46,180 nucleotides of DNA from Octopus bimaculoides (lineage: Eukaryota): NCBI RefSeq assembly GCF_001194135.2, contig NC_069003.1, positions 2,758,330 to 2,804,509 of the forward strand. Direction: 5' to 3'. Numbering within the stretch: the first letter of the stretch is position 1; each line of letters opens with the position of its first letter. Shown one piece after another: positions 11,331-25,045 of the stretch. The notes under the pieces were generated by a model. That model worked only from the letters and a program-made list of their open reading frames with translations, was not told the origin of the DNA and did not search any database. Both the position numbers and the translations under genes were made by a program.

Positions 11331-12168
11331 GGTGTTATATCACATATATCAAAACTTCGTTATTTAATAGAAAAATATCCCTCTTCATCGTCTTGTTTTT
11401 AGATTTTTCTATTTTCAAGTGACACGCTTAAAGATTTTAGTTATCAATTTCGGAATCCCATCCTGAAAAAATCGATTAAACGATCAACCAGTTTTGTAAT
11501 TCGAATACGATCAACACAAAGAAATACTTGAAATGATGAAGTCTGAATTTATTTGTATGAGAACAATAGAAGATAGTTTCTTCTCTCATATTCAAGATGT
11601 TGTTGAAAATGTCCCTGTCTGTGTATTGATAAGCGATTCTTTTACAAATGCCGTGACAAAGATCTTAATTACTGAGGAGACTGGAGGAATAGAATTTCTT
11701 TTTATCAATAGAGTTTTCGTATTTGGTTTTGTTTTCAGATGGTATTTTTTTCCAAGTGGTTACATCTAGTGAATGTCTTAAAGTATAGTTTTGGTTACAT
11801 TGGTTCCAATAGTGACGTTTACACCAAAAATATCTGAATGTTACTAAAACATTTTTTTGAGTATACCCAAGATGCATGGAGGCTTATACTTGAAATGACG
11901 AAACCGTCGTCTCTATGTCGTCCTGTAATCTAAAAGCGGTTTGAATTCTGTGAGTGTTTAGAGGTAACAGTCCTATAGAATGAATTCCTCCGCCCAGTGT
12001 CTATACATACATACATACATACATACATACATGCAAATATGTATGCGTGTGTGTTAGTGTATACGTTTATTGGTGAAATATTAGACAATATATACAATAA
12101 AGTTTATTTATTCCGGTTCTTGTATACACATTATTCCGAATCTATCTATCTGTCTGTCTGTCTGTCTG

Positions 12169-12203
<35 letters not shown>

Positions 12204-13269
12204 ATATATATATATATATATTTATATATCTACTTCTCTGTCTATCTATCCATCTATTTATCTATCTATCTATCTATCTATCTAATCTAATCTATGTATA
12301 CAAAATTTACTTGAAAGGACGCATACCTTAAATATTTAAATATACTATTTGAACGGTTAAAAGAAGAAAAGAACCCACAAACAATAGAAAACGACAGAAA
12401 ACCAACCAATACAAAAGCCCTCCTACTCAACAAGAGTAAACAACTCACTGAAAGCAGTGAGTAGATGTGTACAGCGCAAAGCAACAACAACAACAACAAC
12501 AATGATAACAAACAACAGTATAAAATATAATTACTTATGTTGTATGTATACGTATATATTAAAACTACAATATATACATATGCATACATATATATATGTA
12601 AACACACACATATATATATATATACACAAACATACACACATATCTACATATATATATATATACATACATATGTATATCTATCTTTCTATCTATCTATATA
12701 TCTATATAGATGCTTATACACACACACACATACATACACATAGTTGAATAAACACACATAAAAATATATGTAAATATTAGGGATATTTCGTAATATTTTA
12801 TTCGACTTGTGTTATTTCTGATGTCTTTTCAAATATTTTTTTTCCCAAACTAAACTGAAACTTCGATTGTTTTCGATAACAATCAAAACCACAATAATAA
12901 TCATTGCTTTTGTTATTGTGATGATTATTGTTATGGAAAACAATCGGAGTTACATTTTATTTGGAAAATATATATAATGTATACTTTAAGAAAAATAAGG
13001 AATACACAAGACGAATAATTTATTAGCAAATCACAGCATAATGCATACGCACAAACACACATACATACATACATACATACTATATATACACATACAACAC
13101 ACATATATATATGTATATATATATATGTATTCATATATATATATATGCATGTTTGTATATACGAATATATACATTAGAATGAATAAATTTTATTATCTAT
13201 AAATAAATATTATATTCACACACAGATACATCATATATATATATGTGTGTGTGTGTATGTGTATGTATG

Positions 13270-13316
<47 letters not shown>

Positions 13317-14303
13317 NNNNNNNNNNNNNNNNNNNNNNNNNNNNTGTGTGTGTGTGTGTGTGTGTATGTATAACTCATAGAGTATGCATATATTGTATAT
13401 TCATATATAGATATAATAAATATAATTATACATACATCTATATATACATTACATAATTTCCAGAGGCTATATGCCAACACACGCACCACACACGCATACA
13501 AACGCACACAAACACTCACACACACATACACACGCGCATATAAAACATATGCATGAAACATATGTTAGTAAATATTCTATGAAATATAACAAATAATGGA
13601 AAATGCGGAAAATAAATATATAAATACATCAATGCACTAAAAAATACATAATTGAAAGAAAGAAAAAAAAAACTAAAATATTTAGAATAAAAGAATTATA
13701 AATGAAATTGTTGTTTGAGAGGTGGTTGGGTGGTTTCGAATAATTTTCGCATGGTGGTTGATTGAAAGAAAATAATGCCGGGTAAAGGAGAATAAATTTG
13801 GCGGCGGCGGGTTGGTGAGTGGTTTGGTAAAGGAGAATAATTTTCTACTTCAGTTGAAGAAATTGGATAAAATTCGGATTGAGATGAACAGAAGACTGTT
13901 TAAAGCACAATGGATTTGAAAAGCACAAGGGTGTTTTTAGCTATGGAGAGAGAAAAAAAGGAAAAATAAAACGTGTTCTAATGTTATTTTGTGAAGATGT
14001 ATCTGTAATTGTAAGAATATAATAAATATTTAGAGATGTTTTTTTTCAGAGTGAAATCTATAGATTGGTTTTTAAGTAGTGAAATATATATGAAATAAAG
14101 GATATATTTATAAAGTAAATGTTTTGTTTGAAATATGGTTGACGTTGTTACGCGTGTGATGTTTATGTTTGTTTGTGTATGTGTGTGGTTGAGTGTGTGA
14201 GTGTGTGTGTGTTAGTGTGCACATATGTTCAAATACCTACAGACATCTATGTATTAGACACGTATGTGTATCTGCATTTGTGTGGTGGTGAGTGCAAAGA
14301 TGC

Positions 14304-14349
<46 letters not shown>

Positions 14350-15357
14350 GCATATATATATGCATATACGTACGTATCGGTGTGTGTGTGTGTATGTGAA
14401 AGATTATGGTGGTTACACCTGACAATCTTAGCTGGCATATTTGTTTGTATATCTATCTCTATTTGTAATGTATGCATCAATATGAATGCGTGTATATATG
14501 TCTATATGTAGATATGAATGTAGGTAAATGTAAATGAATGTATGCACATCACGCACATACTCTCACACACACAGACCAACACATACTTACACACACACAC
14601 ACACACTGGTTTGCACATATGCATGTAACATGTGTCAGTGACAGTATATGTGTATGTAGACTTATGACTAGGTGAGTGTGTGTGTGTATACACCCCTATA
14701 AATACATGTATACAAATTTAATCTGAGAAAAGATATTTTCATACACAGTTCTCTTGACAAATTTTCGCTTTGTCTTCTTGTTCGATGGAGGACTACAGCC
14801 AAGGTTGCACTATATACGACAGGCTAGAAAATGTAAATTCTGGAAGTTTTAATGTTTTTAATATAATACTTGTTTTTTATTCTTTTGTTCAGTTGAAGAC
14901 TGCATGAGAACAGCTAGCGAATCCGGACTGTAAAAGACAGACTTGTGAATATATTCTTTCCGTATTAGTGCGGCTAATAAAACGAGGTAAGTATTTATTG
15001 AAAGAACACATAGTTATCGAATTAATAAGGAGTACATCTCATTTGTTTCATGGTTGTCACAGCACTGAAGTTATTAAATAATTAACTGAGCACTTATGTA
15101 GACTTTGTCCCTAGTTTACTATGAACCGAAATGTGTTCATCACGTGGACGTTTGTGCGCACAAAGTGTATGTATATTTGCACATATATGCTAACACACAC
15201 ATATACATATTTTCACATACATACACATAGATATTTATCAAAGTATATATGTATAATTTCAATTATTTTCGACTAATGTTGTTGCTTAGCATACGTGCAG
15301 TTATAACCCTGTATATGTGAAAGAATTACGCAACACACATAGAAACACATCTACGAA

Positions 15358-15454
<97 letters not shown>

Positions 15455-15465
15455 NNNNNNNNNNN

Positions 15466-15536
<71 letters not shown>

Positions 15537-15939
15537 GGTTCCCTTGCATATCTCTACCTTCTGACTTCTCAGGTATGCGGAATGGTGTTTTGCAGGAAGT
15601 TGGTAAATACGCACTGTCAGCTTCTGTGAACGAGGCTGATGTGAAATTCTCTGCAATCTTTATAACTTCAACAGATGATGTAATCGGAAAAAACAACTTT
15701 TGGAACATGTTGCCACAGCTGTTTTTGATGCTGTTGCAGTTGTTACTGGTCCGGTTACTGTAAACTACCTCATCTCTCAGTCATTTTGGTAGTATCTCAA
15801 GCTTTCCGCGATAGAAAGCATTGAATAGGCTCGTGCCTCCACATATATAGCACCTAGGTTTCCAGTACTTCTAAAGTGGTATGAAAATATAAGAAAATAA
15901 AATATTGGCACTCAGCTGGTTACGAAGTCTAGGGTTCTA

Positions 15940-16021
15940 GATGATGCGATCAATGGAACGCTTTGCTCACAAAATTAACGTGCAAGTGCCTGACCACTAT
16001 ACAGACATGCGTGCTCTTAAC

Positions 16022-16023
<2 letters not shown>
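15940..16023 (-). mobile_element. SINE family A/D tail fragment
   Basis: Reverse complement tacgttaagagcacgcatgtctgtatagtggtcaggcacttgcacgttaatttt matches the tail at 17786-17840. Confidence 0.7.
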
Positions 16024-16073
<50 letters not shown>

Positions 16074-16151
16074 ACGCGTGCCCTTCAAGTATTATTATTT
16101 TTTTTAATTCTCGTTGTTGTTACCATTTAAAAAAAATTGCCTGAAGGGTAG

Positions 16152-16334
16152 GCTGGAGAGGTGGAGGTGAGTTGATGACATCGACCTCAGTACGTAACTG
16201 GTACTTATTTAATCGACCCCGAAAGGATGAAAGGCAAAGTCGACCTCGGTGGAATTTGAACTCAGAACGGGAAGACGGACGAAGTATCGCTAAGCATTTC
16301 GCTCGGCGTGCTAAGTATTCTGTTAGCTCGCCGC
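16152..16334 (-). mobile_element. tRNA-derived SINE, family B, well preserved
   Basis: Reverse complement: gcggcgagctaacagaatacttagcacgccgagcgaaatgcttagcg...gagttcaaattccaccgaggtcgactttgcctttcatcctttcggggtcgattaaataagtaccag. Confidence 0.9.
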
Positions 16335-16372
16335 TTTAATAATAATAATAATGATAATAATAATAATGATAA

Positions 16373-16410
<38 letters not shown>

Positions 16411-17104
16411 ATCTCCGATATAAATACAGACTGGAGGGGTTGATTTCTCCAGTCCCACCTTACATCGTATAGAGGAATGGGGGGGAAGATTAAAAGAGTG
16501 AGGGAAGGAGAGAGTTAACACAGGAGCTGCAGTATGAGTGTCTTTATAAAACTCTCTCAAAAATACACATTTTTAATGAAATTTTAAGTTTCCCGATGGA
16601 GTAGACGGCGATTATGTTGATAACATTTCGAAAAATAATACCATATTTATTGGAGATATAAAAATGAGAAATTTGTTTTATTCCATTTTATTTTGAGGCA
16701 ATAAATATTTTTTCTTTTGAAAATCAGTATTTATTTCATCGTTTTATGTAAGCATCAAGATATTTGATGAGAGTTTATGATTATTGTTTGTATGCCTTAT
16801 TTTTCGATGCTACTCTTCGTGGCAAAAGAATATTCCAAAACTTTACTCGTCTAATGACACTCTCTGCTTTTGGCCAGAAAGATCAGCAACTTTGATAAGA
16901 AGAAGGAATGCTGTTTACGCGGTGGGACAACAGGAGTGGTGCCATTCAACATCCCGGAAGTCGGCTAACAGATCTTGAAGATGAGGTGGTTTATTTTTTA
17001 CTCTACTCGGAACTTGTGCCTGAGTTGCTCCGAAAATTCTGATCTTCCGACTTCTGCTGTTGTCTACACTCTGTCTCTCGCTCTTAATTTCTTTCTCTCG
17101 CTCA

Positions 17105-17106
<2 letters not shown>

Positions 17107-17188
<82 letters not shown>
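17107..17188. repeat. (CT)n microsatellite
   Basis: Direct reading. Confidence 0.97.
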
Positions 17189-17191
<3 letters not shown>

Positions 17192-17329
17192 ATTTGCTAT
17201 ACTAGTACTGCAAGGAAACTAAACAATGCTCCTGTCTTTTCCCATATAGTATATGGATTGACATAGGATTTTGAAATCTAGTGAAACAACTTCTGGTGCA
17301 TGTTATGTACTACCTATATTCTTCTGGTA

Positions 17330-17884
17330 GTGGAGGCGCAATGGCCTAGTGGTTAGAGCAGCGGACTCGCGGTCATAGGATCGCGGTTTCGATTCCCAGA
17401 CCGGGCGTTGTGAGTGTTTATTGAGCGAAAACACCTAAAGCTCCACGAGGCTCCGGCAGAGGATGGTGGCGAACCCTGCTGTACTCTTTCGCCACAACTT
17501 TCTCTCACTCTTACTTCCTGTTTCTGTTGTGCCCGTAATTCAAAGGGTCAGCCTTGTCACACTGTCAAGCTGAATATCCCCANNNNNNNNNNNNNNNNNN
17601 NNNNNNNNNNNNNNNNNNNNNNNNNNNNNNNNNNNNNNNNNNNNNNNNNNNNNNNNNNNNNNNNNNNNNNNNNNTGCTGTTCTCTTTCGCCACAACTTTC
17701 TCTCACTCTTACTTCCTGTTTCTGTTGTGCCCGTAATTCAAAGGGTCAGCCTTGTCACACTGTCAAGCTGAATATCCCCACAACTACGTTAAGGGTACAC
17801 GTGTCTGTGGAGTGCTCAGCCACTTGCACGTTAATTTCACGAGCAGGCTGTTCCTCGACGTCGTAAGTGACGGAGTGCCAACAA
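17330..17884 (+). mobile_element. Full-length tRNA-derived SINE, family A, with target-site duplication
   Basis: A box tggcctagtgg and B box ggtttcgattcc. Flanked by atattcttctggta (17316-17329) and atgttcttctggta (17885-17898). Interrupted by an N-gap with a duplicated internal segment. Confidence 0.93.
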
Positions 17885-18191
17885 ATGTTCTTCTGGTATT
17901 TGACAATGGTTAGCGTGACGAGAATTTAATCTGGCGTGCTATGAGTTCTGCCATCTCGCCCCCTTCATGAATATTGAATAATAATAATATCTGTTATAGA
18001 ACTGAGTATTTAACTGTGCCTGTAATCTTTCCAATGACTCTATCACGTTGCAACTACTTTAACTGTAACAGAAGAGCTGAGAGCAAGTAATTTGCCAAAA
18101 ACGTGTAGTGCAAATCGATATATATTCGTAGCTGTGCACTCGTGTGTATTTGTGTGCGTGTGTATGTGTGTGTAGTGTGCGTGCGTGTGTA

Positions 18192-18235
<44 letters not shown>

Positions 18236-19628
18236 GGTGCTTGTTTCTCTTTGTATCAGAAGCGGATACGCACGGATGCATGTAGTTACATAAGAACTTA
18301 GATTCGGGAATTTATGCGAAAACATGAAAAATATAAGTAATTCTCTACCAATCTCTTTGGGCCAACACCAATACATACATACATAGATGCATACATACAT
18401 ACACACACATAATACGCACACACACACATACTAACATACACACATACACACATACATACATACATATACATACATTCATAGAAGTATGCATACATATATA
18501 CGTACATATATATACCGATATATATATATATATATATATATANNNNNNNNNNNNNNNNNNNNNNNNNNNNNNNNNNNNNNNNNNNNNNNNNNNNNNNNNN
18601 NNNNNNNNNNNNNNNNNNNNNNNNNNNNNNNNNNNNNNNNNNNNNNNNNNNNNNNNNNNNNNNNNNNNNNNNNNNNNNNNNNNNNNNNNNNNNNNNNNNN
18701 NNNNNNNNNNNNNNNNNNNNNNNNNNNNNNNNNNNNNNNNNNNNNNNNNNNNNNNNNNNNNNNNNNNNNNNNNNNNNNNNNNNNNNNNNNNNNNNNNNNN
18801 NNNNNNNNNNNNNNNNNNNNNNNNNNNNNNNNNNNNNNNNNNNNNNNNNNNNNNNNNNNNNNNNNNNNNNNNNNNNNNNNNNNNNNNNNNNNNNNNNNNN
18901 NNNNNNNNNNNNNNNNNNNNNNNNNNNNNNNNNNNNNNNNNNNNNNNNNNNNNNNNNNNNNNNNNNNNNNNNNNNNNNNNNNNNNNNNNNNNNNNNNNNN
19001 NNNNNNNNNNNNNNNNNNNNNNNNNNNNNNNNNNNNNNNNNNNNNNNNNNNNNNNNNNNNNNNNNNNNNNNNNNNNNNNNNNNNNNNNNNNNCCTCGCTT
19101 GCTCACTCTCTCTTTCTATCTCCTCCATTGATCAAAGACTTTCCATCTGCCATGTGTGCCCCTTTCTTCTATCTATCTCAATTCAGATAACAAACTTACT
19201 ATTTACAGTTGATCTATTGCTTTCATCCATTATATTTATGTAGAGTTTATATCTATATCTTAGCACACTCTCTATCATGTTAGGTTATCATGTTTTTCTT
19301 GTCTCTGATTTTGCTTAGTCTTGTTTTTTTTTTTATATATGTATCATTTTTGTTACTTTTCTTATTTTGTTTATACTTTCACTTTCACTTTGAAAATATA
19401 AAAATACTGTTTATCCATAGTTTTTTTTTCTTTGTTTTATAATTTCCCTTTGAAAATATTTTATTTTGTATTTTCGAGTTTTTGTTTGTGATTTGATTTG
19501 TTTTTCATCCTCGGGGTGTCTGAATACGTTGCGTATGTTATAGATATATATATGTTTTATATATGTTCTATATACATATGCTTGTATGTCAATTTTTTAG
19601 TGTGTGAGTGTGTGCGTGTATGTGTGAG

Positions 19629-19678
<50 letters not shown>

Positions 19679-19727
19679 GGAGGGAATCAGTGTATGTGTT
19701 TAAGTTTAATTTTTGGTGTGATATATA

Positions 19728-19767
<40 letters not shown>

Positions 19768-20656
19768 CACGTATATATATATATATATGTATATGTATAT
19801 TTTTTGCACTTTGTGTGCATGAATGTGGCTATAAGCGTACGGCCATCTGTGCATGTGTGTGTGTCTGCGTACTTGAATGGTTACAAGGTTTTGTATGTGG
19901 CTGAGTATCTGTGGCTACTAGATGGTGTTTCTCTATGTGTTAGTGTCTTGCTGTGTGCATACATTCATGACTGAGTGATTATATGTGTGTCTTTGTGCGT
20001 ATGCATGAGTAAGGTGTAGAAATATAGGGCTGCATTATATAATATATATATATATATATATATANNNNNNNNNNNNNNNNNNNNNNNNNNNNNNNNNNNN
20101 NNNNNNNNNNNNNNNNNNNNNNNNNNNNNNNNNNNNNNNNNNNNNNNNNNNNNNNNNNNNNNNNNNNNNNNNNNNNNNNNNNNNNNNNNNNNNNNNNNNN
20201 NNNNNNNNNNNNNNNNNNNNNNNNNNNNNNNNNNNNNNNNNNNNNNNNNNNNNNNNNNNNNNNNNNNNNNNNNNNNNNNNNNNNNNNNNNNNNNNNNNNN
20301 NNNNNNNNNNNNNNNNNNNNNNNNNNNNNNNNNNNNNNNNNNNNNNNNNNNNNNNNNNNNNNNNNNNNNNNNNNNNNNNNNNNNNNNNNNNNNNNNNNNN
20401 NNNNNNNNNNNNNNNNNNNNNNNNNNNNNNNNNNNNNNNNNNNNNNNNNNNNNNNNNNNNNNNNNNNNNNNNNNNNNNNNNNNNNNNNNNNNNNNNNNNN
20501 NNNNNNNNNNNNNNNNNNNNNNNNNNNNNNNNNNNNNNNNNNNNNNNNNNNNNNNNNNNNNNNNNNNNNNNNNNNNNNNNNNNNNNNNNNNNNNNNNNNN
20601 NNNNNNNNNNNNNNNNNNNNNNNNNNNNNNNNNNNNNNNNNNNNNNNNNNNNNNNN

Positions 20657-20696
<40 letters not shown>

Positions 20697-21562
20697 ATAT
20701 AACTATATCTATATCTATATATATACATATAGATATAGATATATAAATATATATATGTATATGTATACATATATATATGTATACATATATATATGTATAC
20801 ATATATATATACATATATATACATATATATATATACATATATATACATATATATACATATATATATATATATGTATATATATGTATACATATATATATGT
20901 GAATATACATAAATACGCACACGTACACATGCATGGACATACACATGCACCTATGTGCGTACATACATTATATATATACGTGTATGTAGCTTTTTCGTTC
21001 AATTCGATTATCTGAAGAACAAACAAGCTGAATCTAAATGCTTCGGCAAACGCTACAATACTCGTATCTTCTGAGAAAAGATACAAAAATTAAAAATATA
21101 ACAATATGGTGGCTGAATATTATATTCTGATTGGTCAGCAAAAATCTCGAATTTGACTTGAAGATATAATAAGACGAGTTAGATTACTCTCCCGGAATTT
21201 GAAATAAATGTGGTATCTTTTGTTGAAGTTTCCACTAACATTTGTTTATCTCAATCAAATTAAGCCAATTACACACTGCGTAAAGAGTTGATTATTTTAC
21301 CACCCGTTTCTTGCAATTAACAGGCGTATGGGATTTACTCTTTTATATTCATTTCTTCTCAAGCTTTAACGTGTATTCTCTTAATTTTTTTTTTTATTGA
21401 ACTTTAAAAAATTTTAGCATTATTGAAACCGGTTTGTTATTTTCGTAAATTTATGACAAGTCTTAAAAATCTGAAATTCGATTTCAGATCTACGTGCATG
21501 TTCAGCTCCAAATCCAATTCCCTTATTTTCCTACTTACGTTGAGAGGACGCAGGTATTATCT

Positions 21563-22245
21563 TGGCAGAATCGGCGAACTGGCAGCACGTCCACAACATG
21601 CTTAGAGGCGTTTCGCCCGTCTTTACGTACAGAGTTCAAATTCCACTGAGGCCGATTGTGCTTTCCCTCATTTCCGGCTCGATAAATTAAGTACCAGTCA
21701 AGTACTTAGGTCAATGGGATCGACTTAAACGCATCCCGCAAGTTTCAGGCCTTGTGCTTATAGTGGAAAGAATTATTAGTATTATTTCAATATCAAAGGC
21801 GGCAGGTGGCAGAATCGTTAGCGCGCGAGACAAAGTACTAACAGGCTTTTCGTCATTCTTTATGTTCTGAGTTCAAATTTCGCCGAGGATCACTTTGCTT
21901 TTCATCCTTTCGAGGTCGATAAATTAAGTACTAGTTCAGAGCAGTGGGGGCCAATGTAAGCAACTTACACTCTCCCTTGAAGTTGAGGGCCTTGAGTCAA
22001 AATTTTAAAATCATTATTTTTATTTATTTGAAGAACAATTACGGCGTTCTGGTTGAAACGTTAGAACGCCAGACAGAATGCTTAGCGGTATTTCGTCCGT
22101 GTTTACGTTCTGAATACAAATTCCTCTGTGGTCGACTTTGGTCTTCATCCTTTCGGAATCGATAAAATAAGTAGCGGTCAAGATCAGCGTCGTTGCAATC
22201 GACTTACCCTTCCCCACAAAACTTCTGCTGGCTCTGTGCCAAAGG
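21563..22245 (+). mobile_element. Three head-to-tail family B SINE copies (about 21563-21780, 21798-22015, 22043-22245)
   Basis: Each has a tggcagaatcg-like A box, a gagttcaaatt-like B box and the gataaattaagtac body motif. Confidence 0.85.
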
Positions 22246-22958
22246 TGGACAGCATTGTTCTTTTAAGATCAGTAGGTCGAAAATTCTTTGAGTTGTTTAG
22301 AAAATAAATATTGGTGAGAATCTAATAATTTATACCCAAATGGTGAAAGCATCGCATATCTCTTTTGATCTAATCTGCCAAGTTACCACGCAAGGTTGTT
22401 TTTGATTCCTACNNNNNNNNNNNNNNNNNNNNNNNNNNNNNNNNNNNNNNNNNNNNNNNNNNNNNNNNNNNNNNNNNNNNNNNNNNNNNNNNNNNNNNNN
22501 NNNNNNNNNNNNNNNNNNNNNNNNNNNNNNNNNNNNNNNNNNNNNNNNNNNNNNNNNNNNNNNNNNNNNNNNNNNNNNNNNNNNNNNNNNNNNNNNNNNN
22601 NNNNNNNNNNNNNNNNNNNNNNNNNNNNNNNNNNNNNNNNNNNNNNNNNNNNNNNNNNNNNNNNNNNNNNNNNNNNNNNNNNNNNNNNNNNNNNNNNNNN
22701 NNNNNNNNNNNNNNNNNNNNNNNNNNNNNNNNNNNNNNNNNNNNNNNNNNNNNNNNNNNNNNNNNNNNNNNNNNNNNNNNNNNNNNNNNNNNNNNNNNNN
22801 NNNNNNNNNNNNNNNNNNNNNNNNNNNNNNNNNNNNNNNNNNNNNNNNNNNNNNNNNNNNNNNNNNNNNNNNNNNNNNNNNNNNNNNNNNNNNNNNNNNN
22901 NNNNNNNNNNNNNNNNNNNNNNNNNNNNNNNNNNNNNNNNNNNNNNNNNNNNNNNNNN

Positions 22959-23031
<73 letters not shown>

Positions 23032-23505
23032 CCACACATACATATATATATGTATATATATGTATAGGTGTATATATGTTTGTGTGCTTATGTTTGTATG
23101 TATATTTATATATATAAATATATTTACATAAACACACACGCACACACATAAACATGCCTATATATTGCAATTAATTTTTCATATTTAGATCGCTTCACGT
23201 CGTTAAAGCTATGATAGATTGCAATTTTACGAGTTATTTCTTATGTACACATGTTACAAACTCGCAGATACCATTGAATCTATTGGTTAAATCGGTCAAA
23301 ATGTCGTATATTGATGTAAAGTGGATGGGAGAGTGTCTCTTAGTTGTACACGCATTTCTTCTCCCACATTTGCATGCGTTTGCTGTAGCTGCGACAGTGG
23401 GATAATATCGCAATTAATACATACATACATGCATACATACATACATACATACATACATACATACATACATGCGTAAACAGACACGGACATATATATAGTT
23501 GAAAT

Positions 23506-23550
<45 letters not shown>

Positions 23551-23959
23551 CATCTATCTATCTCTCTCTCTCTCTCTCTCTNNNNNNNNNNNNNNNNNNN
23601 NNNNNNNNNNNNNNNNNNNNNNNNNNNNNNNNNNNNNNNNNNNNNNNNNNNNNNNNNNNNNNNNNNNNNNNNNNNNNNNNNNNNNNNNNNNNNNNNNNNN
23701 NNNNNNNNNNNNNNNNNNNNNNNNNNNNNNNNNNNNNNNNNNNNNNNNNNNNNNNNNNNNNNNNNNNNNNNNNNNNNNNNNNNNNNNNNNNNNNNNNNNN
23801 NNNNNNNNNNNNNNNNNNNNNNNNNNNNNNNNNNNNNNNNNNNNNNNNNNNNNNNNNNNNNNNNNNNNNNNNNNNTATATATGTATCTATGCATGTATAA
23901 ATATAACTTATGCTCACACACACACACGACACACACACACACCACACACACACACATAC

Positions 23960-24049
<90 letters not shown>

Positions 24050-24142
24050 GGACTGGTGTATTCAGTAGAAAGGGTACATAAATAATGTATATATACATAT
24101 ATATATATCGACATGTATTGCACATATACATACTGTATGTGT

Positions 24143-24183
<41 letters not shown>

Positions 24184-24403
24184 GTTTGTATGTGTGTGTG
24201 AGTATGAAAGGATCGTATATGACATAGACATTAATCTGGTCTTCCATATTTGATGGCAGCAACAGGAGAGAGGAGGACGCTGGAATGGCGCTTCCTTCAA
24301 CATGATCATCATAGATCGCTTGAATAAATTTAAAGCCATTATTCATTATTCTTGTCAGCCAGGATGCTTTGAGATATATTCTCGCAGCAGCATCAGTAGT
24401 TCG

Positions 24404-24425
24404 TAGCAGTAGCAGTAGCAGTAGC

Positions 24426-24467
<42 letters not shown>
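24404..24467. repeat. (AGC/AGT)n microsatellite
   Basis: Direct reading. Confidence 0.95.
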
Positions 24468-24775
24468 TTCATCATGAAATAACAGTTTTGAATGTGTTCC
24501 TCTCTCCGTTCTACAGAATAGTTTGAGGGGGGGGTGTCTACTCTGTAACGCGCCCCGCTCTCCATCATCTGGCGATGACGACGACGATGACCAAAGCACC
24601 GCCGTCGCCACCCCCATCGACAGCATGAGCATCAACATATCCACCACTATCACCACCACCATCACCACCACCACCAGCAACATCATCATCAACAACAACA
24701 CCGCCCTGTATGTGTGCATCTGTCTGGCTTGCATGCGCGTGTATGAGTGCGTGTGCATACGTATGCATATATGTA

Positions 24776-25045
24776 CAGGGTGGCCATAAAGTCACGCGCC
24801 ATCCCTCAATATGTGAAATTGCTAACATTCTCTTTTTTTTTATCGTTTTTTTCTTCTTTTACAACTGCCCATATTACTCCCAAACCAATCCTCATTCGAT
24901 GGAGGCAGATAACCAACAAGGATGGGGAGGGGGCAAGGTAATGGCCTGGTGTGGGATTTGGCGCAATCAAGTAATTGGGCCATTTTATTTTGAGTTCTCT
25001 GTGACAGGTGATTCGTATTTGGACACGATACGAATCCTTACATTT
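24776..25045 (+). mobile_element. Internally deleted Tc1/mariner (IS630-Tc1-mariner) DNA transposon remnant
   Basis: Starts TA-cagggtggccataaagtc, a typical Tc1/mariner terminus, followed by a transposase catalytic-domain fragment. Cut off by a SINE at 25046. Confidence 0.75.
24872..25030 (+). pseudogene. Tc1/mariner DDD/E transposase fragment
   Basis: Translates YYSQTNPHSMEADNQQGWGGGKVMAWCGIWRNQVIGPFYFEFSVTGDSYLDTI. This resembles the YW..NPH...KV.VWCGI....IIGP.FF..TV.G..YL segment between the first and second catalytic Asp. No full ORF. Confidence 0.8.

Noticed and set aside
13700-13945. Minus-strand exon after the strong acceptor at about 13942
   Set aside because: All three frames close within about 32 codons and no donor or clear terminal-exon evidence was found.
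17330-17410. tRNA gene (also at the heads near 11108, 16334, 26192 and 30480)
   Set aside because: A and B boxes are present, but there is no closed cloverleaf or acceptor stem, and each continues into a repeated SINE body.
24210-24400. Protein-like minus-strand stretch RIYLKASWLTRIMNNGFKFIQAIYDDHVEG...
   Set aside because: No convincing acceptor or donor; the ORF length is inflated by flanking microsatellites, and the opposite strand is almost equally open.
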